Source of the DNA: Chthoniobacterales bacterium
GTDB lineage: Bacteria > Verrucomicrobiota > Verrucomicrobiia > Chthoniobacterales > UBA10450
DNA: 64,000 nucleotides
NCBI GenBank assembly: GCA_035630155.1
Contig: DASQLH010000344.1
Coordinates: 2,880-66,879 of the forward strand
Direction: 5' to 3'
A program made the translations under genes and the position numbers. How positions within the stretch are numbered: the stretch's first letter is position 1; each line of letters opens with the position of its first letter. Positions 10,382-20,848 of this stretch are shown here, in pieces. A model generated the notes under the pieces. That model did not search any database, had not been told where the DNA came from, and saw nothing but the letters and a program-made list of their open reading frames with translations.

Positions 10382-11448
10382 CACGCGCCTGAAATCTCCA
10401 GCCATCTGGGATGGGCTTTGGCATGATTTGCGATCTCATCCAGAATCGAGTGGAGCGATGTGTCCGGTTTCCAATTCCAGTGCGTCGCCGCGAGGCTCGA
10501 ATCCATTACCAGCCACGGAACGTCAAACGCGCGGGGTTGCGGATTGACGGCGATCTGCCGGGGGCCGAAACGCTCTTCGCACCACTGGGTAAGCTGCGCG
10601 AGCGACATCGCGCGATCGGCTCCGCCCCCGATATTGATGGTGGCAGGCTGGGAGGTTCGGGCCGTTCGCATTTGCGCGGTGATAAGTGGGACGAGGTCGC
10701 GCGGATGCAGGCCGTCGCGCGTTTGAAAACCGGTTCCGTCGAAACCTATATACGATAACGGCGCACCCGCCAGATAACTGTTAATCCAAAAACTGAATAT
10801 CCCCTGATCGGCTTTTCCAAACTGGCCCGCGCCGGCCAAGACGCCGCAACGGTTAATCCAGACTGGGAAATCGAAGGTCTCGCCATATTCCAGCGCTATC
10901 GTCTCCGAAGCGATTTTCGACGCGCCGTAAAGCGAGACGGGGACCGCGGTGCTGAATTGCTCCGAAATTCCGCGGTTGCTGGCGCCGGCTGGCAGCGTAG
11001 CCCCCGGAGCGAGAACATAAGCGCCATCTTTCGGTTCGACCGGCAAGGAAGCAAGCGCTTTGACTGAGTACACGCGACTCGTGCTGCACAAAATAAATCC
11101 CGCGGCGCGTTCTTTGGCGAACTCCAGCAGATTGATCGTGCCGAACAGATTATGCTCCAGTAACTGCCTGCTGCTCGATTTGCCATCGGTCCCCGCAAGC
11201 ACACTCGGATTTGCCGCGGCATCAATGACCCAATCAGCGGTCGGTAAGGCTGCCAGGTCCGCCGGATTGCGCATGTCCGCGTAGAAAACTGAGACACCGC
11301 GGCGCTGCAGCGGCTCGCGATTCAAATAACTACCGGGCCGGATGAAATTATCGAAGCCGGTGATCTGCAGGGTGGGATCGTCGTCGAGCAACGCATTGAT
11401 AAGCGCGCTACCGACGAACCCGCAGCTCCCGGAGACGATGATTTTCAC
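10381..11448 (-). CDS. NAD-dependent epimerase/dehydratase family (extended SDR)
   Basis: MKIIVSGSCGFVGSALINALL Rossmann motif and a YGASK (YxxxK) catalytic motif. Confidence 0.85.
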   Translation of the reverse strand: MKIIVSGSCGFVGSALINALLDDDPTLQITGFDNFIRPGSYLNREPLQRRGVSVFYADMRNPADLAALPTADWVIDAAANPSVLAGTDGKSSSRQLLEHNLFGTINLLEFAKERAAGFILCSTSRVYSVKALASLPVEPKDGAYVLAPGATLPAGASNRGISEQFSTAVPVSLYGASKIASETIALEYGETFDFPVWINRCGVLAGAGQFGKADQGIFSFWINSYLAGAPLSYIGFDGTGFQTRDGLHPRDLVPLITAQMRTARTSQPATINIGGGADRAMSLAQLTQWCEERFGPRQIAVNPQPRAFDVPWLVMDSSLAATHWNWKPDTSLHSILDEIANHAKAHPRWLEISGA

Positions 11449-11588
11449 GTTGTGCTTGCGCGTGATAGTGCGACACCCTGTTCCCCGGCCGGCGACCGGC
11501 AGAACAACGCCCCGATCACGCCCTTCCTTGCTGAGTAGCTATCGTGATGGCCCCGGTTGTCAATCCGGTTCTACCCTGCTGGACCGTG

Positions 11589-13631
11589 TCAGTTGGCCGC
11601 CGGACCGAACACGATGCGTTCGACGCGAAACGGCGCCTGGTCTTTCGGGCGTGTTAGAAGCAGGCGAGCCAGGCCGCTTCGATTCCAAGACTCACGCGGG
11701 ATGCGAAAGGTAAGCTTGCTCCCGGTGTCCCCCTGAACGCGGGCCAGCTCCAGACGATTTAGGCGAACGCTCAAAGCAGGCGGCTCCAAGGCGGGCGCTG
11801 AATCATCGGATCTAAACCAGATCGAGCATTCGACGTCGTGTGTTGTTTGAACCCGGCGGAATTGCAAAACGCCCAAATCCTCTGTCATTTGGCCGGCCTT
11901 ATCTTCCGCTAGGTCCCAGCCAGCCACGACGTATTGGGCAGCATTGGCTTCAGGACCGGCAAAGCGGACCTCGGCGCCGGCCGGATCCAGCGTCACGCCG
12001 AAAGTGGAAATGAAAGTGCCCTCATTCAACGTGACTCCACTCAGAGAAGGAGCCGGCGTGGTGAACTTCCACACTGCGAGATCGTCCTCGTTGACGGCCT
12101 CGGCAAGCGGACGGGCATGATCCCGTCCGAACATGAAGGCCCATTCCGGTGTGATCGCATAGTTGTAGCCCAGCCGTTCAAGGGCCAATGCTACACCGAC
12201 AGCCTGGGGCCAATCGCCGTGCGGGAAGACGAGAAACTTTGTGCGTGCGCCATCGGCTTGCGTGGCGCTCGCCAGTCCACTCGACAAAGTGGGGGGGTAG
12301 GAAACCGAGGGCATCTCCGCAGCCAAACGCCAGCCTCGCGTGACGGGAACGAACAGGAGTAGGCCAAGAATTCCCAGGCCGATCGATGCTGTCCGGCTTG
12401 CCTTAACTGGAATGGCATCGCACAACACCGCTGCGACTAAAATCAGGAGGATGAAGATAAGACCGAAGTTGAAAAAACCGTTGAAGTTGAACATCGGTCC
12501 GTTTTGCATTACGCCCCAGCAGACAGTTAGTCCCGTGCTCAGGATAAAGTAAATGCCGAGCCAGGCGGCAAATCGATTCCTTCGAAAGGCCCGCCAGCCA
12601 AATCCAAGCAAACCCAGCGCGATCGCAACCCAAGCGGCGACGAAGTGCCATCGGTCCCTGAGAAACCGTAAGCTGCCACCGGTTATTTGGTCGCAAAACG
12701 TCTCAGGGTTCGCCACGTAAGAAAAGAACGTGGCGAGGTAGATCAAGGAAGCCGGCAGTGTTTTACGATCGCCGGAGTGCCCGGAAAAATGCTGCAGAAT
12801 CAGGTTTAGATTGCTTTGCCGGCCTCTTGTCGCGTCGATAACAAGAGGCACCAAGGCGAGAACGACGATCCCCCCGGAAATTAGGATAGGTCGTTTATGA
12901 AGCCTGATAGCCGCTGCGAAAGAACCGTTGGAGCGACGACTTCGCCCGAGGAGCACCGCGATGGCGAGAAGGAAACAAGGGACGACGAAAAGCGGTTGAG
13001 CGACATGACCATGGACCAGGAAGGACCCGGCCACGGTCGCCGCCACCAGGGCTTTTGCATCTCCTGAGGCCAGCGAGGCGCAGGCGATCAGGAAACAGAG
13101 AAAGGGGAACAACAGAACATGCGGGGCCCATATACTGGTAAACACGCTGTCGCGGATAACTGAATTGACCGTCGCAAAGTGAAGCCCGCCAAAAACGAGC
13201 AGCAGTGGAATCAGGAGCGGATGCGAAACTGTTCGACGAACGATACACAAAGCCCAGGCAAAGAATCCGCATTGAACGATTATCCCCGTTAGGATATGTG
13301 CGTTAAAGGGACTAGGCACGAGTCTTGTCAGGTCGTAGAAGAGCCATTCCCCCGCGGCGTAGGCATAAAAAAACGCAGGCCCCGGATGATGAAATCCCCA
13401 GCGCGAGTAGTTGCCGTAAAGCTCGTGAAAGTACTTGGCGTTACGAATCTGGAGCGCATTCGCGGCGTAGTCACCGGGCTCGGCATGTCCTTCAAGAAAG
13501 AAAAACTTGATATGGCAGAGGACAAGAATAGCCACCAACGCCATCCAAAGCGCCCAGCCGGGCACCGTCGAATCACCTGGCTGCTTTATCTCTTTTGCTG
13601 ACGAGCCACTCTGGTTCATAGGTAGAGACAA
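11589..13631 (-). CDS. large polytopic membrane protein with a C-terminal soluble domain, function unknown (glycan-cluster associated)
   Basis: 680 aa with more than 10 hydrophobic spans. N-terminal loop YSRWGFHHPGPAFFYAYAAGEW. The C-terminal ~200 aa are non-hydrophobic. Sits in the same minus-strand operon as a GT, an SDR and a GT2. Confidence 0.6.
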   Translation of the reverse strand: MSLPMNQSGSSAKEIKQPGDSTVPGWALWMALVAILVLCHIKFFFLEGHAEPGDYAANALQIRNAKYFHELYGNYSRWGFHHPGPAFFYAYAAGEWLFYDLTRLVPSPFNAHILTGIIVQCGFFAWALCIVRRTVSHPLLIPLLLVFGGLHFATVNSVIRDSVFTSIWAPHVLLFPFLCFLIACASLASGDAKALVAATVAGSFLVHGHVAQPLFVVPCFLLAIAVLLGRSRRSNGSFAAAIRLHKRPILISGGIVVLALVPLVIDATRGRQSNLNLILQHFSGHSGDRKTLPASLIYLATFFSYVANPETFCDQITGGSLRFLRDRWHFVAAWVAIALGLLGFGWRAFRRNRFAAWLGIYFILSTGLTVCWGVMQNGPMFNFNGFFNFGLIFILLILVAAVLCDAIPVKASRTASIGLGILGLLLFVPVTRGWRLAAEMPSVSYPPTLSSGLASATQADGARTKFLVFPHGDWPQAVGVALALERLGYNYAITPEWAFMFGRDHARPLAEAVNEDDLAVWKFTTPAPSLSGVTLNEGTFISTFGVTLDPAGAEVRFAGPEANAAQYVVAGWDLAEDKAGQMTEDLGVLQFRRVQTTHDVECSIWFRSDDSAPALEPPALSVRLNRLELARVQGDTGSKLTFRIPRESWNRSGLARLLLTRPKDQAPFRVERIVFGPAAN

Positions 13632-13640
13632 CTGGTCGCG

Positions 13641-16121
13641 TTAAGAACGATCCGGGGCGGTCTCGTCGTCTGTTCTGGCGTTGCCCCTGAGGCGCGCCTC
13701 CAACTCGTCCACACGGTCCTGAAGAAAACCTGTGGATCGTATTGCATCAGGACTTGCTCTCCGGCGACGAATAACCGCCAGACGCTCAGCGATTATCTGG
13801 CCGGCCGCCGCCGGGGAATGCAACGCGCGCACGTCCTCCGCCGCACGCGTGCCGCGCTTTAGCGCCTCGGCTGGGTCTTGATAGACACCCCGCATTAACC
13901 CAGCGGCGGCGTTTACATCAGGGCAGGACCAGTGTGATTCCGACGGATAGGGTTCCCGTTCGAGGCCAACTTTACATCGGCGAAAAGGACATAGGTAGCT
14001 GTTGTTCGCCGTCATGAATTCAAGGTTGCCGGAATAAGCGGTCGCAATCGTCGGTTTTCCCAAAGCCATTGCTTCCGCCATCGTCAAGCCAAAGCCTTCC
14101 GAGCGATGGAGAGACACGTAGCAATCTGAGAGGGCCGTAAGCGTGTTATTCTCTATCTGGGAAAGGTAACCGTCCATCAGTATGATATCGGGGCGTTCGC
14201 GGCTGGCATAGCGGAGCTTCTCCGTCTCGAGGGGTCGCTTGTCACCATTGATTGTTTTGATTACCAGGGCCGGCCCTTCACCGTTTGAAAAGGCTTTCGT
14301 AAAGGCCTCAATCACGCCCAGCGGATTCTTCCTTTCGAGGACGCTAAGAAAATCGAAACTGAAGAGAAAGACAAACTTGTCGGGCAAGTCCAGATCCGCG
14401 CGGGAGAGGGCCGGATCAATCTGCGGGATCAGCACCGGGAGCCGGAACTTGAAGACAGATTTGGGCGATACCTTCAGAAACGTCTCGCGCATGAACTCGC
14501 TCGCGACCCAGACTTCATCCACGTAGTCAAAGGCGACATGGAATTGCTTTGGGAAATCCTCGACTTCCCAAAACCACACGCCAATTGTGTAGCGCCCGTG
14601 CCTGAGCTCAGGTCCGGTCTGTTCCGCAAAATTAAGAAACTGATCGGGATTCACGCACACGATGTTTAGATCTGCGTCGCGAAGCTCGGCGCCGCGGCCG
14701 ACGAAGGGATAACTTTGGCGACTGGCGGTGGCGCCAAAGGGGATGGTGTTAAATGGGATGCCGGCGGCTTCCAAGCCTGTAAGGAGGGCACGCGCCGCAA
14801 CGCCGATCCCCAATTCGGCGCGAAAATAGCCGGCCACGTTCACCGGCGCGGCGGAAATTAAAGCGGATACGTCTCCGCTGGTTTCGGCCCCCGGCCGAAC
14901 ATCAAGGGGTAAGAGGACCGAGGGCAAGTCTAACTCGCGATGGCCATAACGGAGGTACCAATCACGGAAGTCGCCCGCGTCCGCCCCGCCTGGATCGGGA
15001 AAGGCCTTCTTCACATCTTTTCGCTCGTTATAGACCGCGAGCATATACCGCGTAACCACAGGTGAGGCTTTCCCGACTGGTTCGTTCAACCAATTCAAGA
15101 ACCCTTCTTCTCCTTCAGGACCAAAAGGGCTTGGCGGCTCTTTTGCCGATCCCCCTTTGTACATCCCATACGCCTCCCGATAGAGACGCAACATGCGTTG
15201 ATCGATGCGAAGACCGCTCGGGAGATAATCGAAGGGATAGGCGTGGTCGCCGAACTTGCCGTATCCAGCTTCCATGACCTTATCGCGATATTCGTCGCAT
15301 AATTTCGCGATCACGGGCCACTCGCTTAACAGAATCCGCGGCTCCAGACCCTGATGTTTGCTCAACAAATGCGGCTTGTCCGGATCATAGCCGCGAAAGT
15401 CAAAAGACCGCAGTGGCTCTCCCTCCACTTCGTAATGTTCTCCCGTCCAGGCAACCGTCTCCGGCTCCAGGCTCCAGCAACCAACCGCGAATCCAGGGAT
15501 CGTTAATACCCGATGAGGAATGGAATTGAACCAGTGCTCCCCTGCCTGACCTGAGTCGGTGCTTCTAACGTCACCGCTGGGATTTTGCTTCCGCGAGCTC
15601 TCGAACCACGAACGCAATCTCTTTTCCGCGCCACGCCGAGCTGCGATGAACCCTGGACCTAAATCGGCACCGAGCGCACTCCGCACTGTTTCCGTGGCAG
15701 TGAGCGCCTCGTTGGCGTGGATCACTTCCGAGATGTCGGACAACGAATCGTACACCTCTGTCGTTACTTCGAAATATGCCGCGGCCGTTGCACCAGAGTT
15801 CAGCACACTCCGAAGCAGCGCCGGCATGAGGAGGGCGACCAGCTGTTGTCCACTGTAGATCATCGGCAGACGCCACTCGTCGCCGGCCTCGAGGCCGAGG
15901 TCCGCCATGGATAACACGCGTGTTCCCGCCGGAAAAATTTCTGGTTCCGCCCCCTTATCGAGAATTAGGACGACGAATTCGCCTTCCGGATGGAACTTCA
16001 GGAAGGATCTCGCCAAAACGATCGCTTGCGGTATTTCGGTCGAAACGGCTATCGTGCATCCGGTTAGTGAATACAAAATGCGCGGCATGGCAGTGGGGGG
16101 CGCGGCTTGGATGTTATCCAT
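13641..16121 (-). CDS. large glycosyltransferase: C-terminal GT4/GT-B module with an uncharacterised N-terminal half
   Basis: 826 aa. The C-terminal region has SEGFGLTMAEAMALGKPTIATAYSGNLEFM (EX7E signature). I could not assign the N-terminal ~450 aa. Confidence 0.75.
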   Translation of the reverse strand: MDNIQAAPPTAMPRILYSLTGCTIAVSTEIPQAIVLARSFLKFHPEGEFVVLILDKGAEPEIFPAGTRVLSMADLGLEAGDEWRLPMIYSGQQLVALLMPALLRSVLNSGATAAAYFEVTTEVYDSLSDISEVIHANEALTATETVRSALGADLGPGFIAARRGAEKRLRSWFESSRKQNPSGDVRSTDSGQAGEHWFNSIPHRVLTIPGFAVGCWSLEPETVAWTGEHYEVEGEPLRSFDFRGYDPDKPHLLSKHQGLEPRILLSEWPVIAKLCDEYRDKVMEAGYGKFGDHAYPFDYLPSGLRIDQRMLRLYREAYGMYKGGSAKEPPSPFGPEGEEGFLNWLNEPVGKASPVVTRYMLAVYNERKDVKKAFPDPGGADAGDFRDWYLRYGHRELDLPSVLLPLDVRPGAETSGDVSALISAAPVNVAGYFRAELGIGVAARALLTGLEAAGIPFNTIPFGATASRQSYPFVGRGAELRDADLNIVCVNPDQFLNFAEQTGPELRHGRYTIGVWFWEVEDFPKQFHVAFDYVDEVWVASEFMRETFLKVSPKSVFKFRLPVLIPQIDPALSRADLDLPDKFVFLFSFDFLSVLERKNPLGVIEAFTKAFSNGEGPALVIKTINGDKRPLETEKLRYASRERPDIILMDGYLSQIENNTLTALSDCYVSLHRSEGFGLTMAEAMALGKPTIATAYSGNLEFMTANNSYLCPFRRCKVGLEREPYPSESHWSCPDVNAAAGLMRGVYQDPAEALKRGTRAAEDVRALHSPAAAGQIIAERLAVIRRRRASPDAIRSTGFLQDRVDELEARLRGNARTDDETAPDRS

Positions 16122-16179
16122 CAGACCCAGAATTAGCCACTAACCCGCACTCCCGTCATGTCGATTTTAGAGCGAAGAA

Positions 16180-18123
16180 ATGTTTTCGAAACTAGAGAAT
16201 GCTGATTCAACGAGACTAGCGCACTTGTCGCATCTCGCCAATCGGTGGCTGGAGTCTTGGGTGGGGCGGCTTTGCCTCCTTGGTGCCGTGGCCCTACTCT
16301 ACCTTTGCGCGTACCAGCAGTGTGGCTACCGTCCAGGCGCTTATTATCCGATCGGATGGTGGGGTTGGGCGGACCAGGGCCATTATTTGAAATGCGCTGC
16401 TAGCCTGGCTCAGGGGAGTCTTACGCCCGATTCTTATGTCTACGCTTTCGGGTACCCGGCTTTGGGCGCCTTGTTTTATAACTGGATGCCAAACCACGCG
16501 TTCCTGATTCCGAACCTGATCCTGGTCGTGGGTATTGCCGCTCTATTCTTTGAAATTGCCAGGCGGCTAATCACGCCTTTCGAGACGGTGTTATTAATGG
16601 CCGCATTCACCTTTTTTTATAGCGGTTTATTATCCGATATGCTGGTAGTGCCATGGAATACTATTCCGACCCACTTTCTGGCTTACGCGATGATCCTTTT
16701 GGTTGCCTTGGAACCGGTAACGAGAAAACGGCTGCTTCTCTCAGCTTTATGTGTTGGCCTTCTCTATTTGTGTCGTCAAGCAGACGCCTTTTGCATGGGG
16801 CTTTTGATTGGAATCGGTCTCTTACGCCTTCCCTCGTGGTCCGACAGAATTCGAACGGGTCTTTATTGTCTGGCCATCGTCTGTTTTTTTTGGGGATTTG
16901 TTTTGCTGGTTAATCAGGTGGTATTCGCTTCCTGGACTACGCGTTATGAGAAAATCGTTAATGGCATGGGGTTTGGGGGTTACCCAGTTTTGCGGAAGTG
17001 GTTCTGGTTTATTGTCGATAGTAGCGCAGTTTTCAACGAGCCCGGATCGACGCTGTCCTCGCGTTTCCCATGGTTTCCAGTTTTTCACGAACCCGGCACA
17101 GCGCTGTTCTCGCATCTCCCCTGGCTGCCATTGGTTATCCCTGGCGCCGTATGTTTTATACGCCGCCACTCTCTCGGCGCCTTGGGTGTGTTTTTCAGCA
17201 TCGGCGCTACGTACGTGCTTTATTTTCAGTTCAATGATTTCTGGCCTCATAACTTATTTCGCTTCCTCCTCGTTCATTATCTCTTCTGGACTTTTCCGCT
17301 CCTGGCCTTGTTCGCCTATCTAGGGGTCAAGGAGGCGTGGAAATTTGCGGCGGGCCGCTGGAGCTTCGGGATAGCACTAATGCTTAGCCTGGGGCTGTGG
17401 TTATTGACGATACGAGAGGAAGTCGCTGGCAAACTCCCAGGGCCTCCCCCTGCCGTGGGCGAGCTTACCGCTAACATCGCTCAACCGGTGGACTGGATTC
17501 TTTTCCGTGGCCTTGAAACTCCGCCAAAGCTAGCGAACGGGCACCGCGAACTCGTCCCGGTTTCCGATTTCGTCGTGCCGCTTCATTTCGAAGGCGTGTT
17601 AGTTGTTCTTTCAAAAGGGGCAAGAATTGAGTCGGTCAAATTCGACACCACGGGAATGCCGGGCTTAACCGCCATTGAATATGGCCGTTTCATTTGGCGT
17701 TTCCAATCGATCGGAAAGGCTGTTCGGACAGCGATTGATCGCTTTCGCGGAGCGCGCATTGTATCGTTAGTCAAGCTCCCAGAGATTGATGTGGCCGGTC
17801 CCACCGGGGGGCCGGATGGTCAACCGGATGAAGTGATAGAACTCGAGCTTCCAAAATCGACCTTACACAGGGTCACCGTATGGGACTTGGTATCAGACCA
17901 GGGTTCAGCACATTGGATTAGTGCTCCTCAATCACACGGCTGGTGGCCCATCAAAGCGTTGCCCTCCACGCGAACGCTACCGGAAGGGCAAAGCGGCGTT
18001 CGCCTCTGCTTCCCAAATTTTGGTAACCTCCAAGCCGCGCGCTCGGCGCGTCTCCGGGGTCTTGACGACTTTGGTCGAATCCATCTTCAAGTCATAATTC
18101 ACCCAAACAAACCCGTTCCGTAA
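16180..18123 (+). CDS. polytopic membrane protein, candidate GT-C-type glycosyltransferase, with a conserved C-terminal domain (paralogue B)
   Basis: 647 aa, collinear with the 7686..9584 product. Contains an extra 17-aa tandem duplication (FNEPGSTLSSRFPWFPV / FHEPGTALFSHLPWLPL). Carries the same C-terminal domain. Confidence 0.7.
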   Translation: MFSKLENADSTRLAHLSHLANRWLESWVGRLCLLGAVALLYLCAYQQCGYRPGAYYPIGWWGWADQGHYLKCAASLAQGSLTPDSYVYAFGYPALGALFYNWMPNHAFLIPNLILVVGIAALFFEIARRLITPFETVLLMAAFTFFYSGLLSDMLVVPWNTIPTHFLAYAMILLVALEPVTRKRLLLSALCVGLLYLCRQADAFCMGLLIGIGLLRLPSWSDRIRTGLYCLAIVCFFWGFVLLVNQVVFASWTTRYEKIVNGMGFGGYPVLRKWFWFIVDSSAVFNEPGSTLSSRFPWFPVFHEPGTALFSHLPWLPLVIPGAVCFIRRHSLGALGVFFSIGATYVLYFQFNDFWPHNLFRFLLVHYLFWTFPLLALFAYLGVKEAWKFAAGRWSFGIALMLSLGLWLLTIREEVAGKLPGPPPAVGELTANIAQPVDWILFRGLETPPKLANGHRELVPVSDFVVPLHFEGVLVVLSKGARIESVKFDTTGMPGLTAIEYGRFIWRFQSIGKAVRTAIDRFRGARIVSLVKLPEIDVAGPTGGPDGQPDEVIELELPKSTLHRVTVWDLVSDQGSAHWISAPQSHGWWPIKALPSTRTLPEGQSGVRLCFPNFGNLQAARSARLRGLDDFGRIHLQVIIHPNKPVP

Positions 18124-18181
18124 GCGATCTTCCTGCGTCACTTGTGCCTGCGACGATCCCAGGACGCACGGGCCGGTTAAC

Positions 18182-20053
18182 TTACAACGGCTCGTCAGCC
18201 CACAGCCGAACAAGCCACGAACCGCACAAGGCGACTCCGACGGCGTCGGCATCCGCCACGCCTGGACGGTCCCGTTCCCAGGAAACACGCAAGGAGAGCG
18301 GGACCTTCCAGGGCTCATTTGGGCGAAGGAGGACGCTGTTTGTTGACTTTTGCTCCCAGTGCTTGCTTCCGTCCGTCACAATAATCGAGTGTTTCGGAAA
18401 GTCCGACTGCGAAGAGGCACGGAGCGTAAGCCGGAGCGGAGCTCGTTGCATAATCGCCCGATCCTCCACCACAACCGCCAAGGAACCAGGGTCTAATCTT
18501 GCTGAATACCTCACTCGACTGGCTCGATGGATTTCAAAGCCGAGCAACAGCAGGAGAACGGCAACCGCCGTAAGAATCCTCGATCGATAAATCGTTGCTG
18601 CTGCCGCCATGGCGACCCAGACAGCACAGGCTCCGGCCGCCTTAAGAAGATAATCAGTATCCCCAAACAGGCCCAACCAAAAGCCGAGGTGAATCCATGG
18701 CACTATTTCGAAGAGACGATCATAGGGGAACGGCCCGCTTCGCGCAGCCAGGTGGAGGCCGGGATCAATTATAAGCATGACCGTATTTGCGAGCGACACC
18801 AGGCCGAGCAGCGCATAAAGGATTGCCTTTCCCAGCGTAAGCATTCGGCCTTGGAAAAAGCCGATCAGGCATATGGCCAAGACCGGGACGCCTATTACCC
18901 AAAAGCGCGCCGGAAATGTCTCCCCGGGGTTCTCACCCACTGTGGTGGTTACCAACGTAACCAAAAATGCAGACGCTGGAACACTCCACTCTCTGCGCTG
19001 CCAAAGCCCCTCAATTAATCCAACGAAGGAAAGAAGAAATATCGGCGCGTACGGCAAGAGACCGAAGTGGGAGTTTAAAAGAGCCGCTATGATCCCTCCC
19101 AAGGAAAATGTAGGCCGGCCGCTCGTCACGGACCCCAGCATGCTTCCATAAATCAGGCAATTGTACAAAATGACCGCTGTCACAGCGGCTAGATAAATGC
19201 CGGTAACTTTAACAACGATAATCCCTGAAGTGCCCGGCTTACGTCGCCATCCTAGTTTCAAAAACAGGTAGAGTGAGACGGCGACCAAGAGTGGAAGAGC
19301 ACGGAGGTGGACGAGAGGGGCCAGGCAGCTGCATATGATGCTTGGGGCGAAATCTCGCAATCTTTCCGTTCCCGTCCCGATCAGATTCCAAAACGCAATG
19401 CAGACGAGGAGAAACAAGATGGCCTCGGGCAAGGCGAGGAAGTAATAAGGGAACATGGGAAAGAAGAGTGCGGCAGGAATAAGACATCCCAGAGCCGAAG
19501 TGATTGGCAGCTTCTGCGCGATGAGCAATTTGGCCAGAAAGCATAATCCAACCAGCCCGGTCATCAGCGAGATAAGGCGGATCTGCGCAAGCGACAGACC
19601 TGTAACGAAAGGTGAAAGAAGCAACGACCATACGATGGAATGGACCGGCTTATCCGGATCTGGCTGGACGTCGTTAAGAGGCTGTGCCGCTAGTTCGAAA
19701 CCGGGCAATCTCTCGTGCCTAAGCTTTTCATAGCCGTCCTCGCTCATGAGGGGCTTGCCTTCAACCTTCAAGGAGAGGGCATAGAGTAAATAACGGGGCT
19801 CGTCACCCGTATATGCCAGTCTTTCGGTGAGACGGGCGGTCAGGCCTAGGATCGGCACTGCCGCAACGACCAGATAAAGTATCCACTTCGGCAGGAGCCT
19901 GGGAAGGTTGAACGGTTGCACGTAAGGGAGTTGAATTCTCGGGCTGACTATTTTGAGATCGATCGAACCTCTTAGCGACGTTTGGAAGCACACACCGGCG
20001 CTGCTCAAGAAGAGGTCATATGGGTCCTCCGGAGAGTAACGGCCGAACGGCAC
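18182..20053 (-). CDS. polytopic membrane protein, GT-C-fold glycosyltransferase candidate (ArnT/PMT-like)
   Basis: 623 aa with many TM spans. The first loop contains TGDEPRYLLYALSL, which resembles the DE.RY motif of ArnT-type GT-C enzymes. Confidence 0.65.
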   Translation of the reverse strand: MPFGRYSPEDPYDLFLSSAGVCFQTSLRGSIDLKIVSPRIQLPYVQPFNLPRLLPKWILYLVVAAVPILGLTARLTERLAYTGDEPRYLLYALSLKVEGKPLMSEDGYEKLRHERLPGFELAAQPLNDVQPDPDKPVHSIVWSLLLSPFVTGLSLAQIRLISLMTGLVGLCFLAKLLIAQKLPITSALGCLIPAALFFPMFPYYFLALPEAILFLLVCIAFWNLIGTGTERLRDFAPSIICSCLAPLVHLRALPLLVAVSLYLFLKLGWRRKPGTSGIIVVKVTGIYLAAVTAVILYNCLIYGSMLGSVTSGRPTFSLGGIIAALLNSHFGLLPYAPIFLLSFVGLIEGLWQRREWSVPASAFLVTLVTTTVGENPGETFPARFWVIGVPVLAICLIGFFQGRMLTLGKAILYALLGLVSLANTVMLIIDPGLHLAARSGPFPYDRLFEIVPWIHLGFWLGLFGDTDYLLKAAGACAVWVAMAAAATIYRSRILTAVAVLLLLLGFEIHRASRVRYSARLDPGSLAVVVEDRAIMQRAPLRLTLRASSQSDFPKHSIIVTDGSKHWEQKSTNSVLLRPNEPWKVPLSLRVSWERDRPGVADADAVGVALCGSWLVRLWADEPL

Positions 20054-20140
20054 GTCGAAGATGATTGGCCGGTGTCGCTGGATTTTGCTCGCACGGTCGG
20101 TAAGCTAGAACAACATTAGCGGTCGGTAAGACACAAAAGT

Positions 20141-20848
20141 GTGGCAATGAAGGTTTCTGTCGTAATTCCCTGTTATAACGAGAGCAAGACGATTGAGGAG
20201 ATCGTGCAGGCTGTCCGCTGTTCGGGCATTCCCGATCTCGAGATTGTCGTGGTGGACGATTGCTCCACCGATGGGACGCGAGAACTCCTGGAAACCCGGC
20301 TGCGCGATAAAACCGATGTCATTCTGTATCATTCGGAAAATCAGGGAAAGGGAGCCACGTTGCGCACCGGTTTTGGCGCCGCGACCGGTGATGTCATCAT
20401 CGTTCAGGACGCGGACCTCGAATACGACCCTCAGGAATACCATCTCTTGCTCGACCCGATTGCGGCCGGCAAGGCGGATGTGGTTTACGGTTCTCGTTTC
20501 ATGGGAGGCCGCGCTCATCGCGTCGTTTATTTTTGGCACATGGTCGGCAATCGATTTCTCACGCTCTTGTCGAATATGTTTACAAATTTGAACCTGACGG
20601 ACATGGAGACCTGCTATAAGGCGTTCCGCCGCGAAGCTCTGGCTAACATTGTCATCGAGGAAGATCGCTTCGGTTTTGAGCCGGAGATTACGGCCAAGGT
20701 AGCAAAAAGTGGGTACAGGGTTTTCGAGGTCGGTATCTCATACAATGGCCGAACCTATGAGGAGGGCAAAAAGATAGGATGGCGGGACGGACTTCGGGCC
20801 GTGTATGCGATTGTGAAGTACAACGTTTTCCGACGCAGCCGGCGCTGA
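20141..20848 (+). CDS. glycosyltransferase family 2, polyprenyl-phosphate sugar synthase type
   Basis: MKVSVVIPCYNESKTIEEIV...VVVDDCSTDGT...IVQDADLEYDPQEY. Confidence 0.9.
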   Translation: MAMKVSVVIPCYNESKTIEEIVQAVRCSGIPDLEIVVVDDCSTDGTRELLETRLRDKTDVILYHSENQGKGATLRTGFGAATGDVIIVQDADLEYDPQEYHLLLDPIAAGKADVVYGSRFMGGRAHRVVYFWHMVGNRFLTLLSNMFTNLNLTDMETCYKAFRREALANIVIEEDRFGFEPEITAKVAKSGYRVFEVGISYNGRTYEEGKKIGWRDGLRAVYAIVKYNVFRRSRR

